Shown: positions 56,313 through 64,000 of the stretch, one piece after another
Position numbering within the stretch: the stretch's first letter is position 1
How the letters are laid out: every line of letters starts with the position of its first letter
IMG/VR virus record: IMGVR_UViG_3300012357_000001
Span: 1 to 64,000 of that record
DNA: 64,000 nucleotides
Source of the DNA: a virus
Direction: 5' to 3' (one strand)
Position numbers and translations under genes: made by a program
Notes under the pieces: model-generated
Databases searched by the model: none
What the model was told of the DNA's origin: nothing
What the model saw: only the letters and a program-made list of their open reading frames with translations

Positions 56313-56860
56313 CCGCATTCCAGCCGGGGGACGTCTGGGCGGTCGACGCCGTCGGGTTCGGACGCATCCCGATCATCATCGGGTCGTGGCTGGCCGGGCA
56401 CCGCGCTCCGGTCGACCACGTCGTCACCGTCCACCACCAGGACAAGAACGGCGTGTGGTGGGGTATCGAAGGCCGTCCGTCCGGCGTCGGCTGGGTCGAC
56501 ATGTCCAGCTACTTCGCCACCCGCGCGCAGCTGCGCGCGGCACGCGGCAACTTCAGCCAGCCCCGGACGCTCGCGCAGCGGCAGGCCGTCTGCAAGCTGA
56601 TGGAGGGCCTGCTCGGCACGAGCTACGACTGGGTCGGCGGAATCGTCGCCGACTTCGACGCGTCTCTGCACGCCGAGGATCTGGCCAAGATCGTCGACCG
56701 CTGGTGGGGCTGGAACGACGGAGTCTCCCGGCCGCCGCACGTGGTGTGCTCCAGCGCTGCAGCGTGGGCGTATGGCAAGCTCGGACTTGCGCACCCCGGC
56801 GGCGCGCAGGAGCTGGTTACGCCCGCCGACTGGTGGCGCTTCAACGGACAGTGGCAGTAG
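56309..56860 (+). CDS. NlpC/P60- or YiiX-like permuted papain-fold amidase/peptidase
   Basis: GTGA coupling. HVVTVH...GIEG...VVCSSAAAWAY pattern. Weak call. Confidence 0.4.
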   Translation: MTAFQPGDVWAVDAVGFGRIPIIIGSWLAGHRAPVDHVVTVHHQDKNGVWWGIEGRPSGVGWVDMSSYFATRAQLRAARGNFSQPRTLAQRQAVCKLMEGLLGTSYDWVGGIVADFDASLHAEDLAKIVDRWWGWNDGVSRPPHVVCSSAAAWAYGKLGLAHPGGAQELVTPADWWRFNGQWQ

Positions 56861-56875
56861 AGAGGAACAACCATC

Positions 56876-57244
56876 ATGAGTGGCCAGTACACCGACGAGC
56901 AGTTGCACGTCGACATCGAGGCGAGCGGGCACACCGCGCCGCGGGTCACCCCCGAGCACATCGACGGGAAGATCTCCGGTGCGAAGTACTGGAACCCCGA
57001 CGGCACGTCGCTGACGGTCTGCGTGCTGACGCTGGAGAACGGCTTCCAGGTGGTCGGCTACTCCGCCTCGGCCAGTGTGGACAACTTCGACGCGGAGATC
57101 GGTCGCAAGCTTGCCTATGACAAGGCCCGCGAGCACGTCTGGGCCCTAGAGGGATACCTGCTGCGCCAGCAGCTACACGAGGAGGAGCTATATCCGATGC
57201 AGCCTGTTCACCTCGGCGACGGCGGCACGGGGACGGACCTGTGA
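56876..57244 (+). CDS. Gp49-like protein (N4 gp49 / Sf6 gp66 family)
   Basis: The pattern RVTPEHIDGKI...LTVCVLTLENGFQVVGYSASASVDNFDAEIGRKLAYDKAREHVWALEGYLL matches my recollection of this family. Confidence 0.55.
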   Translation: MSGQYTDEQLHVDIEASGHTAPRVTPEHIDGKISGAKYWNPDGTSLTVCVLTLENGFQVVGYSASASVDNFDAEIGRKLAYDKAREHVWALEGYLLRQQLHEEELYPMQPVHLGDGGTGTDL

Positions 57245-57507
57245 CGACATCGCGCGGGGAGATCTCCCGCGGCGACGCGAGCCACCTCAACGAGCGGCTG
57301 GCCGGGAAGGTCTGGCTGGCCCAGAACCGGGGCGAGTGGCCGGTCACGCTGATGACCAGCGAGAGCCAGGTGGTCACCTGGCTGGCCAAGAATCCCAACG
57401 GTGCCGCCTGGGAGTACGTGATCACACCAGTGCGCCGAGTGCAGACGGTCAATCCGGTGCCGTTTCTGAAGGAGTTCGAACCGCCGACGGAGGCCACAGC
57501 CACATGA
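57241..57507 (+). CDS. hypothetical protein
   Basis: Track ORF with GTGA coupling. Confidence 0.45.
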   Translation: MTTSRGEISRGDASHLNERLAGKVWLAQNRGEWPVTLMTSESQVVTWLAKNPNGAAWEYVITPVRRVQTVNPVPFLKEFEPPTEATAT

Positions 57508-58109
57508 CGGACGACCCGCGCATCGCCGAATTCGGGGTCTTCACACCCGAGCAGCAGCTCACCCCCGGCTACGGCGACCACTACCTGTTCTTCGTCGGCA
57601 GGGACGACGTGCACGGCATCCTGCTCGCGCTGCTCGCTGCTGAGACTCTCGGGCTGAAGCTGAACATGTTCGGCTACGACGACGACGAGCTGAACACCAC
57701 GATCCTCGCGCTGATGGGAAACCCGAACGTGCGCGTGCAGGGCACCCTCGACAAGTCTCAGGCTGGCGGCGTGCACGAGCGAGCGATCCTCGCCCACGAC
57801 GCGGCCAACGACCCGGAGTTCTTCAACTCGTTCGTGGTCGGCCAGTCGGCGACGCATCAGATCAGCCACACCAAGGGCGGCGTCCTGCTCGGCCAGGGCC
57901 TCGGATTCGAGGGCTCCACCAACTGGTCGGCCTCGGGCGAGGGCACCGGGATCAAGCTCGACCCGACGCAGAAGCCGAAGCCCGGCTTCAAGGCGCAGAA
58001 CAACACGTTGATGGTGTCGGCCAACCCGGTGTTCCTGTCCAGGTTCGGCGCCCGGCTGGACGCCGAGCACATCACGGCTTTGCAGCAGGCGCACAAGACG
58101 TCATCCTGA
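57504..58109 (+). CDS. phospholipase D / Nuc-like HKD-motif nuclease
   Basis: M57 of the track ORF, ATGA coupling. A single HKD-type motif, SHTKGGVLLGQGLGFEGSTNWS. About 200 aa, as in Nuc-type enzymes. Confidence 0.6.
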   Translation: MTDDPRIAEFGVFTPEQQLTPGYGDHYLFFVGRDDVHGILLALLAAETLGLKLNMFGYDDDELNTTILALMGNPNVRVQGTLDKSQAGGVHERAILAHDAANDPEFFNSFVVGQSATHQISHTKGGVLLGQGLGFEGSTNWSASGEGTGIKLDPTQKPKPGFKAQNNTLMVSANPVFLSRFGARLDAEHITALQQAHKTSS

Positions 58110-58113
58110 GCAC

Positions 58114-59835
58114 ATGGTGAACCTGCTGGCCGAGTGGGCGCGGCGGATGGACCCCGAGGCGGTCGTCGAGAAGGCATCGGCCGTCTGGCGTCGGGAGGCC
58201 CGTCCGGAGCAGCGGCTGCCCGAAGGCGACTGGCGAGTCGTCTACTACCAGGGCGGCCGTGGCAGCGGGAAGACCCGGTCGGGATCCGCCGGACTTGCCG
58301 AGCTGATCGAAGCTGACATGGACTTCGATCCGCCCGGCGAGTACGGCATCATCGCACCCACCTACCGGGACGCCTGGACGGTGTGCGTCGAGGGCGAGGC
58401 CGGGATCCTGCGGGCGCTGGGCACCACGGCCGGTGAGGTCAAGCACGGCAAGTCCCAGTCGGTCGAATACGCCTACCGCAGCTACGGGGAGATCGGCCTG
58501 CGCAGCGGGCACGTGATCTACGTCGACTCGGCCGACGACGGCGCACTGCGCGTCCAGGGCAAGAACCTGCGGGCGGCGTGGGGCGACGAGATCGGCCTGT
58601 GGAAGCGCTGGCAGGTCGCCTGGGAGGAGTCGGTCCGGTTCGCCGTCCGTAAGGGCGTGTCAAAGATCATCGTCACCGGAACGCCGAAGGCCTCCCGTCC
58701 GGCCCGCAAGCTGGTGCGTCGGCTGATCCGCGCCGGACGCGGCGACGACGAGTTCAGCGACGGGCCGGTGATCGTGCGGAAGCTGCGCACGATCGACAAC
58801 ATCCTGAACCTGTCGGAGTCGTTCTTCCGATCGGTGGTCGGCGCGGCCAAGGGCACCCGGCTCGAGCGCCAGGAGCTCGAGGGCGAGCTGCTCGACGACG
58901 TCGCCAACGCGCTGTGGACGCGCGAGATGCTCGAGGAGGCGCAGAGCCCCGGCATCGGCGAACCGGGCGGTCCCGAGTACCTGACCTCGATCAAGATGGG
59001 CGTCGACCCGTCCGACGGCACCGAGGAGTCCGATGAGCAGGCGTACACCGTCGTCGGCCTCAACCCGATGCGGGACCAGATCTACGTCGTCGAGTCCTGG
59101 GGTGGGCAGGAGGCCCCGGCACCGTTCGCCCGCCGGTTCCTGATCCGTGCGGCACAGCTGGACGCCACCGTCGTCGTGGAGAAGAACCACGGCGGCGAGT
59201 GGATGATGCAGCTGATCGAGCAGATCCAGCGCGGCCTGCTCAAAGAGGGGGTCATCAAGAAGCGGGTGCGCGTGGAGAAGATCCACGCCAGCGAGTCCAA
59301 GCGCACCCGCGCCGAGCCGATCTCCGGGCTGTACGAACGCGGCATCGTCAAGCACTGCCAGAAGGTCAACCGCTTCCAGATGGTGGACCTGGACACCGGC
59401 GAACTGCAGTGGCGCGAGGAGACGGAGCGGTTCACCGAGCTGGAGGACCAGCAGGCCACCTTCACCGGTGCGCACGGCGAGCGGTCCCCCGACCGGCTCG
59501 ACTCCCTCGTGTGGGCGGCCAGCCCGTTCCTGTCGCTGAGCTTCGGCCCGGTGCAGCGCGCGCTCGTGGCCAAGTGGGCGCGCAACGGCGGCCCGCTGGC
59601 GGACGCCGTGCCGCTCGAGCGCGAGCGCGGAGGCGACCCCATCGCCGCGCCGAACCCCGAGGACGACCGCCTCGCGGTGCCCCGGGGGGTGCGCCGCATG
59701 CAGCTCCAGCAGGCGGCTGCGGCGGGCGGCTTCGGAGACCTGGACGCCTGGGGTCCGCAGGACCCTGACGATGCACCCGAGCACGGGCGGCGCGGCAACG
59801 TGCGCTCGTGGTCGACCGACTCATCGCCGTTCTAA
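58114..59835 (+). CDS. terL: terminase large subunit
   Basis: 573 aa. Walker A motif YYQGGRGSGKT, Walker B-like region, C-terminal nuclease-like half. Lies directly upstream of the portal gene. Confidence 0.9.
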   Translation: MVNLLAEWARRMDPEAVVEKASAVWRREARPEQRLPEGDWRVVYYQGGRGSGKTRSGSAGLAELIEADMDFDPPGEYGIIAPTYRDAWTVCVEGEAGILRALGTTAGEVKHGKSQSVEYAYRSYGEIGLRSGHVIYVDSADDGALRVQGKNLRAAWGDEIGLWKRWQVAWEESVRFAVRKGVSKIIVTGTPKASRPARKLVRRLIRAGRGDDEFSDGPVIVRKLRTIDNILNLSESFFRSVVGAAKGTRLERQELEGELLDDVANALWTREMLEEAQSPGIGEPGGPEYLTSIKMGVDPSDGTEESDEQAYTVVGLNPMRDQIYVVESWGGQEAPAPFARRFLIRAAQLDATVVVEKNHGGEWMMQLIEQIQRGLLKEGVIKKRVRVEKIHASESKRTRAEPISGLYERGIVKHCQKVNRFQMVDLDTGELQWREETERFTELEDQQATFTGAHGERSPDRLDSLVWAASPFLSLSFGPVQRALVAKWARNGGPLADAVPLERERGGDPIAAPNPEDDRLAVPRGVRRMQLQQAAAAGGFGDLDAWGPQDPDDAPEHGRRGNVRSWSTDSSPF

Positions 59836-59881
59836 CCTACCGGCGATATCCTGCAGACAGCGATCACCAGCGAGGAGAGCC

Positions 59882-61480
59882 GTGGCCAAGGCGCAGAGCA
59901 GTGCAGCAGCGTCGGATCCGCCAGCGTCCGGTTCGGCGAAGATCTACGCGTTCCCCGACATCAAGCCGTCCGCGAAGCGGGATCTGCTCGGCAAGGAGCT
60001 GGGCACGCAGTTCGACCTGGGCCAGCGGCTGTTCGCCTGGTACGGCGAGGGCGACGTCTTCGACTACGGCGAGTACACAGCCCGGGACATGAAGGCGATG
60101 TTCCGCCGTGACGGCATCTGCTCGGCCGTCGAGTCGGTGCTCACCCTGCCGATCCGCGAGGCCGCATTCTCGATCGAGCCCACCAAGGGCGACTCGGGCG
60201 AGACCGCGTTCGTGCGCAGCGTGATCATGACTCCGGACACCGAGGGCGGCATGGCGACCCCCGTGCACGAGCTGGTCGGGCAGGTCACCAGCGCGCAGAT
60301 CTACCGACGGGCGTTCTTCGAGAAGATCTGGAAGGTCCGCGAGGACGACGGCAAGATCATATACGACAAGATCGCCTTCCGTCCGCCCGCCACCTGCCAG
60401 GCCCGGTACAACTCGCGCACCGCCGTCCCCAACGGATTCCGTCAACAGGTCTGGCTGTTCGGCGGCAACCTGATGCTCACCAAGGAGCAGAAGGTCCCCG
60501 GCTACGTCGACATCCCGAAGGTCCGCTCCTTCATCCACACCCACGGCAAGTACCGCGAGCCGCTGATCGGGGTGTCGGAGATGGACGTCAGCTACTGGGT
60601 GTATCAGACCAAGATGAAGCTGCTGTTCCTCTGGTACTACTTCCTGGAGAACCAGGCGATGCAGCGCATCATCGTCTACGGGTCCGACCAGCCCGAGGCC
60701 AACGCACACGCCGACGACATCGCCCAGCTGAAGGGCTCCGGCGTGGTCGGTCTCGTCCACCCGCCGGACGCCAAGAAGGCCTTCGAGGTCATCCCGCAGC
60801 CCACTGACGCCGGGAAGTTCTTCTCCGACGCCATGATGTTCCTGGAGGGCTGGCAGACGCAGAGCGTGCTCGCCGGATTCATGGGCCTGGTCGGCGGCGC
60901 GACCGCCGGGAAGGGCGCGTACTCGCTGTCCCAGGACCAGAGCGCGTTCTACCTCAAGTCCCGGCAGGCCGTCGCCAAGGAGATCGGCGAATCGCTGAGC
61001 TACGACGTCATCCGACCGCTGGTGATGCTGAACTTCGGACCCGGCGCGGCGTTCCCCACCTGGAAGTTCGGCCCGCTGCAGGACGAGCAGATGCAGGCGC
61101 TGCTCACTCTGTTCGGACAGCTGGCCGCCGCGCCCGCGCTGCACATCCCCGTGCCGGTGCTCGACCTGATCACCGAGCGGATGGCCTCGATCCTGCAGCT
61201 CGACCTCGACCAGGTGCACCAGGCTCTGGTGTCCACCGTCCAGCAGCGCTCCGAGCAGATGGCCGCCCAGCCGCCCCCGGGGATGCCCGCCTCGGCCGCC
61301 GCCGGGCTCGGCCAGGTGCAGGGCCTTGTCGGCGCGGCGCAGAACCTGACCAAGCAGGCCGCCCAGAAGCAGGGCGGCGTGCCCGAGGGGCTGCGCGGCG
61401 TGCCCGCCGGTCCTCCGGCGCCGCCGCCGCAGCCGTCCCGCCTCGGCGCGGGCGGCCAGAACCCGCCGCGGTCGCCGTGA
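59882..61480 (+). CDS. portal protein
   Basis: RBS gaggagag, then GTG 59882 (residue 38 of the track ORF). 532 aa. Lies between terL and the MuF-like gene. Confidence 0.7.
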   Translation: MAKAQSSAAASDPPASGSAKIYAFPDIKPSAKRDLLGKELGTQFDLGQRLFAWYGEGDVFDYGEYTARDMKAMFRRDGICSAVESVLTLPIREAAFSIEPTKGDSGETAFVRSVIMTPDTEGGMATPVHELVGQVTSAQIYRRAFFEKIWKVREDDGKIIYDKIAFRPPATCQARYNSRTAVPNGFRQQVWLFGGNLMLTKEQKVPGYVDIPKVRSFIHTHGKYREPLIGVSEMDVSYWVYQTKMKLLFLWYYFLENQAMQRIIVYGSDQPEANAHADDIAQLKGSGVVGLVHPPDAKKAFEVIPQPTDAGKFFSDAMMFLEGWQTQSVLAGFMGLVGGATAGKGAYSLSQDQSAFYLKSRQAVAKEIGESLSYDVIRPLVMLNFGPGAAFPTWKFGPLQDEQMQALLTLFGQLAAAPALHIPVPVLDLITERMASILQLDLDQVHQALVSTVQQRSEQMAAQPPPGMPASAAAGLGQVQGLVGAAQNLTKQAAQKQGGVPEGLRGVPAGPPAPPPQPSRLGAGGQNPPRSP

Positions 61481-62193
61481 CCACCCCGACGACGCAGCAA
61501 CCGCCGCAGCAACCGGTACAGCAACCGCCGCAGCAACCGAGCGATGACGACCTGGCGGCTGCGGCTGCGGCGGCGCTCGCTGTAGCGATCACCGTGGACG
61601 CGGCTTCGGCTGCGCTCGCGAAGCTGTACAGCCGGGCAGGTGTCGAGGGTCCGGCCCTGCAGGGTGCGTTGCAGATCGTCATGTCGATGCCACCCGAGGC
61701 GACCGGGATTGCCGGACCGGCGACCGCCCAGGTCTCCTACCTCAATCAGGTCAGGCGCGGGCAGATGGTCCTGTCGATCGGCCGACGGCTGACCGGCGAC
61801 ATGCGCAGCGCGCGCTCGAACGGCAAGAGCGCGCTCCGGGCGCTGCTCGACGGCGTGACGCGAGAACGGCGGTACTTCGGCATGCACCGGGACGCGATCT
61901 GGTCCCGCGCCAAGGCGGCCATGGCCGTCGACATGGCCGCGATGGAGCATGGGCTGCTGCTCGGCTGGATGACGCACCGGGACGACCGGGTCACGCCGGA
62001 CTGCCTGGCGGCCGACGGGAAGAACTTCCGGGCCGACCAGATGCCGCTGATCGGCTTCCCCGGCACCGTGCACGCGAAGTGCCGGTGCACGCCGGTCGGG
62101 CCGTTCCCCGGCGCTCCGATGCTGCCGTCGGCGGGTGCTCCGGTGCCCGGCGCCCGGCTGCAGCGCCGACTCGGTCAACTGCTGGGAGGGTGA
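61477..62193 (+). CDS. MuF-like minor capsid / head morphogenesis protein
   Basis: GTGA coupling. DDRVTPDCLAADGKNF...HAKCRCT is the Mu F / SPP1 gp7 C-terminal motif. Gln/Pro-rich N-terminus. Confidence 0.7.
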   Translation: MTTPTTQQPPQQPVQQPPQQPSDDDLAAAAAAALAVAITVDAASAALAKLYSRAGVEGPALQGALQIVMSMPPEATGIAGPATAQVSYLNQVRRGQMVLSIGRRLTGDMRSARSNGKSALRALLDGVTRERRYFGMHRDAIWSRAKAAMAVDMAAMEHGLLLGWMTHRDDRVTPDCLAADGKNFRADQMPLIGFPGTVHAKCRCTPVGPFPGAPMLPSAGAPVPGARLQRRLGQLLGG

Positions 62194-62194
62194 C

Positions 62195-62785
62195 ATGGGG
62201 GTCCCGCTGATCATCGCCGAGCCGACCGGCCTGTACCGCCGCGACCTGCGCCGGTTCACTTACGGCAGCCGCGGCACGCCCTGCCCCGGACGTGTGCAGG
62301 GGCAGTTCCCGATGGGGCACGACGCCACCGCGACGATCGAATACATCCCCGAGGCTGCGGCCGAGCTGGTCCACGGGGACAACTGGCCGCGCGAAGACGA
62401 GCGATGGCCGTCACAGTGCGAGAACTGCGACTACCACTTCGCCGACGCGGACGAGTGGCAGCGCAACGACCTCAAGATGTATCGCAGGCCGGACGGCTTC
62501 GAATTCGCACACTGGGGCAGCCTGGCCGCCGTCCCGCCCGGCACCATGTGGCGGCTTCCGTGGGCTGACGCGCACTTCTCCGTCCGCCATCCGCAGCACG
62601 TCGAGTCATGGTGCGTCGCCCTGCCGGACGGCGGTCAATGGATCACCAGCCAGGGCGCGTCCGGAGGCGGGTTCTGGACGGTCAACGGCACTCCGCCTGC
62701 GATCGACGTCAATCCGTCAATCTGGCACAGCCAGCCCGACGGCTGGCACGGGTTCATCCGCAACGGAGAAATGGTGGATGCATGA
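62195..62785 (+). CDS. DUF6527-like protein
   Basis: M21 of the track ORF, RBS gggaggg. The C-terminus TPPAIDVNPSIWHSQPDGWHGFIRNGEMV resembles the DUF6527 signature. Confidence 0.4.
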   Translation: MGVPLIIAEPTGLYRRDLRRFTYGSRGTPCPGRVQGQFPMGHDATATIEYIPEAAAELVHGDNWPREDERWPSQCENCDYHFADADEWQRNDLKMYRRPDGFEFAHWGSLAAVPPGTMWRLPWADAHFSVRHPQHVESWCVALPDGGQWITSQGASGGGFWTVNGTPPAIDVNPSIWHSQPDGWHGFIRNGEMVDA

Positions 62786-63105
62786 TGGGCAGACTGACCA
62801 CCGACCCGAACGACCCGGAGCTCACGCATGGCAACGACGAGGAGCCGGTACCGCAGGCCTCCGCGTACCTGGTGCTGAGCGAGGAGGAGCGCGCCAAGGG
62901 CTTCGTCCGGCCGGTGCGGCGAAGCTACGTGCACACCGGCGCAGAGCCCCCGTGCGGCACCCTCACGACGATGAGCACGGCCCTGGCTGAGACGTACGCG
63001 CGCAACCCGAAGTTCTACGGCGGCACCTACTGCTGCGGCTGCCATAAGCACCGCCCGGTGGAAGAGTTCGTCTGGGACGGCACGAGCGAGAAGGTGGGCA
63101 GCTGA
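62782..63105 (+). CDS. small Cys-rich protein
   Basis: ATGA coupling (M59 of track ORF 62608..63105). Contains PPCG...YCCGCHK. Confidence 0.45.
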   Translation: MMGRLTTDPNDPELTHGNDEEPVPQASAYLVLSEEERAKGFVRPVRRSYVHTGAEPPCGTLTTMSTALAETYARNPKFYGGTYCCGCHKHRPVEEFVWDGTSEKVGS

Positions 63106-63106
63106 C

Positions 63107-64000
63107 ATGACGTTCGCGCGCAAGAACGCGGTCCCTCTGTCCCAGATGAAGGAGCGCACCGCCAGCGGCATGCGCGCCCTGGCAGGGAAGATCGACGAGG
63201 AGCTTCCCGGCATGGCCGCGCCGCAGCACCTGCGCGACGCGGCGCGCGCGCTGGAGTCCGGCAACCACACGGGCGCGAAGCGCCACCTGCAAGCCGCGAT
63301 GCACACCATGGCTCCGCTGTCGCTGATGCGCCACGGCATCCTCGACGACGACGGCCACGCCAAGGCCAAGGTCAACATGGACCTGATCAACCGGCACCAC
63401 ATGCTGGTCAGTGACCTGGAGGACGGCGAGGCGCACAACCAAGGTCTGCGCGCCACACCGGCCACCTTCACCCAGCCGGGCAACCTGCCGATGGGTGATT
63501 CCATGAACCCTCTGAAGCTCCCCGGCGCCGCCGGTCCCGACGGCGGACCCGGCGTGCCCAAGACGGTGCGCGCCGCGATGGTGCCCGCCCCGGCGCAGAA
63601 CACCGGCACCGATCGGGCGATGGCCGGTGGCCCGAAGGCGCCGAGCGGGAAGGAGCGCCAGCTGCCGGGACGTCCGATGCCGCAGGCGGTGCTGTCCTGG
63701 GACGACATCGATCGGATGATCGAGCTGTCCGCGCAGACGGCCCGACTGGCGGCCACACCAGCCCCGCGCGGGCGGCCGGGCGGTCCCGGTCTGTACGACG
63801 TCGAGGGCATGGGCCACACCGCCTACCTCCAGCAAATCGTCAAGGCGCTGATCCGCAAGCGTGGGATGGACCCCGGCAAGGCGTACGCCATCGCCCGCGG
63901 TGCGATCCGCCGCTGGTCGTCCGGCGGCGGCAAGGTGCACCCCGAGGTGCGCGCAGCGAGCGCGGCGGCTGAAGGCGGGGAGCTGACCCGGCAGGCACGC
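63107..64000 (+). CDS. head-assembly (scaffold-like) protein, N-terminal 298 codons (3' end outside window)
   Basis: Translated by hand. ATG 63107, 1 nt after the upstream stop, and open to the window end (absent from the track because it has no stop). High GC3. Positional call. Confidence 0.4.
   Translation, partial: MTFARKNAVPLSQMKERTASGMRALAGKIDEELPGMAAPQHLRDAARALESGNHTGAKRHLQAAMHTMAPLSLMRHGILDDDGHAKAKVNMDLINRHHMLVSDLEDGEAHNQGLRATPATFTQPGNLPMGDSMNPLKLPGAAGPDGGPGVPKTVRAAMVPAPAQNTGTDRAMAGGPKAPSGKERQLPGRPMPQAVLSWDDIDRMIELSAQTARLAATPAPRGRPGGPGLYDVEGMGHTAYLQQIVKALIRKRGMDPGKAYAIARGAIRRWSSGGGKVHPEVRAASAAAEGGELTRQAR

Overview
This window reads as an almost complete genome of a GC-rich, actinobacterial-type siphovirus. 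It appears circularly permuted, because the virion module is split across the window ends. Terminase, portal, MuF-like and a scaffold-like gene lie at 58.1-64.0 kb; the capsid C-terminus through the tail genes lie at 1-22.4 kb. There are three transcription blocks. (1) + strand, 1-22.9 kb: capsid end, eight unassigned virion-module genes, head-tail joining genes, tube candidate, chaperone pair, 1129-aa tape measure protein, tail tip and fibre genes, and membrane proteins. (2) - strand, 22.96-35.48 kb: DNA metabolism genes, namely family-A DNA polymerase, RuvC-like resolvase, SNF2 helicase, Cas4-like exonuclease, Sak4-type ATPase, a Pro/Gln-rich SSB-like protein, a DUF932-like protein and an orphan Spo11/Topo VI-A-like protein. 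(3) + strand, 35.55-64.0 kb: Prim-Pol, a P-loop helicase-like protein, a 413-bp repeat-filled non-coding region, a TerS-like gene, about 45 small genes (DUF397, DUF4031, MazG-like, HTH and zinc-ribbon proteins), a lysis cassette, Gp49-like and PLD/Nuc-like genes, terL, portal and MuF. I recognised no rRNA, canonical tRNA, CRISPR array, transposase, integrase or repressor. Nothing here argues for lysogeny. A Streptomyces-like host is only an inference from the DUF397 gene and the GC content. The most notable observations are: the orphan Spo11/Top6A-like gene in its own small operon; a conserved start-associated motif TCAGGGA(A/G)G at about 16 early and middle gene starts; a 21-bp promoter-like box repeated three times identically plus three variants; a dense array of GCGTCCGC-type repeats next to a displaced TerS-like gene; a tail-module protein built from about 29 tandem 16-18-aa repeats; a tRNA-like acceptor/T-arm element; and a PLD-like nuclease directly upstream of terL. 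All functional calls come from reading motifs by eye, and no database search was possible.
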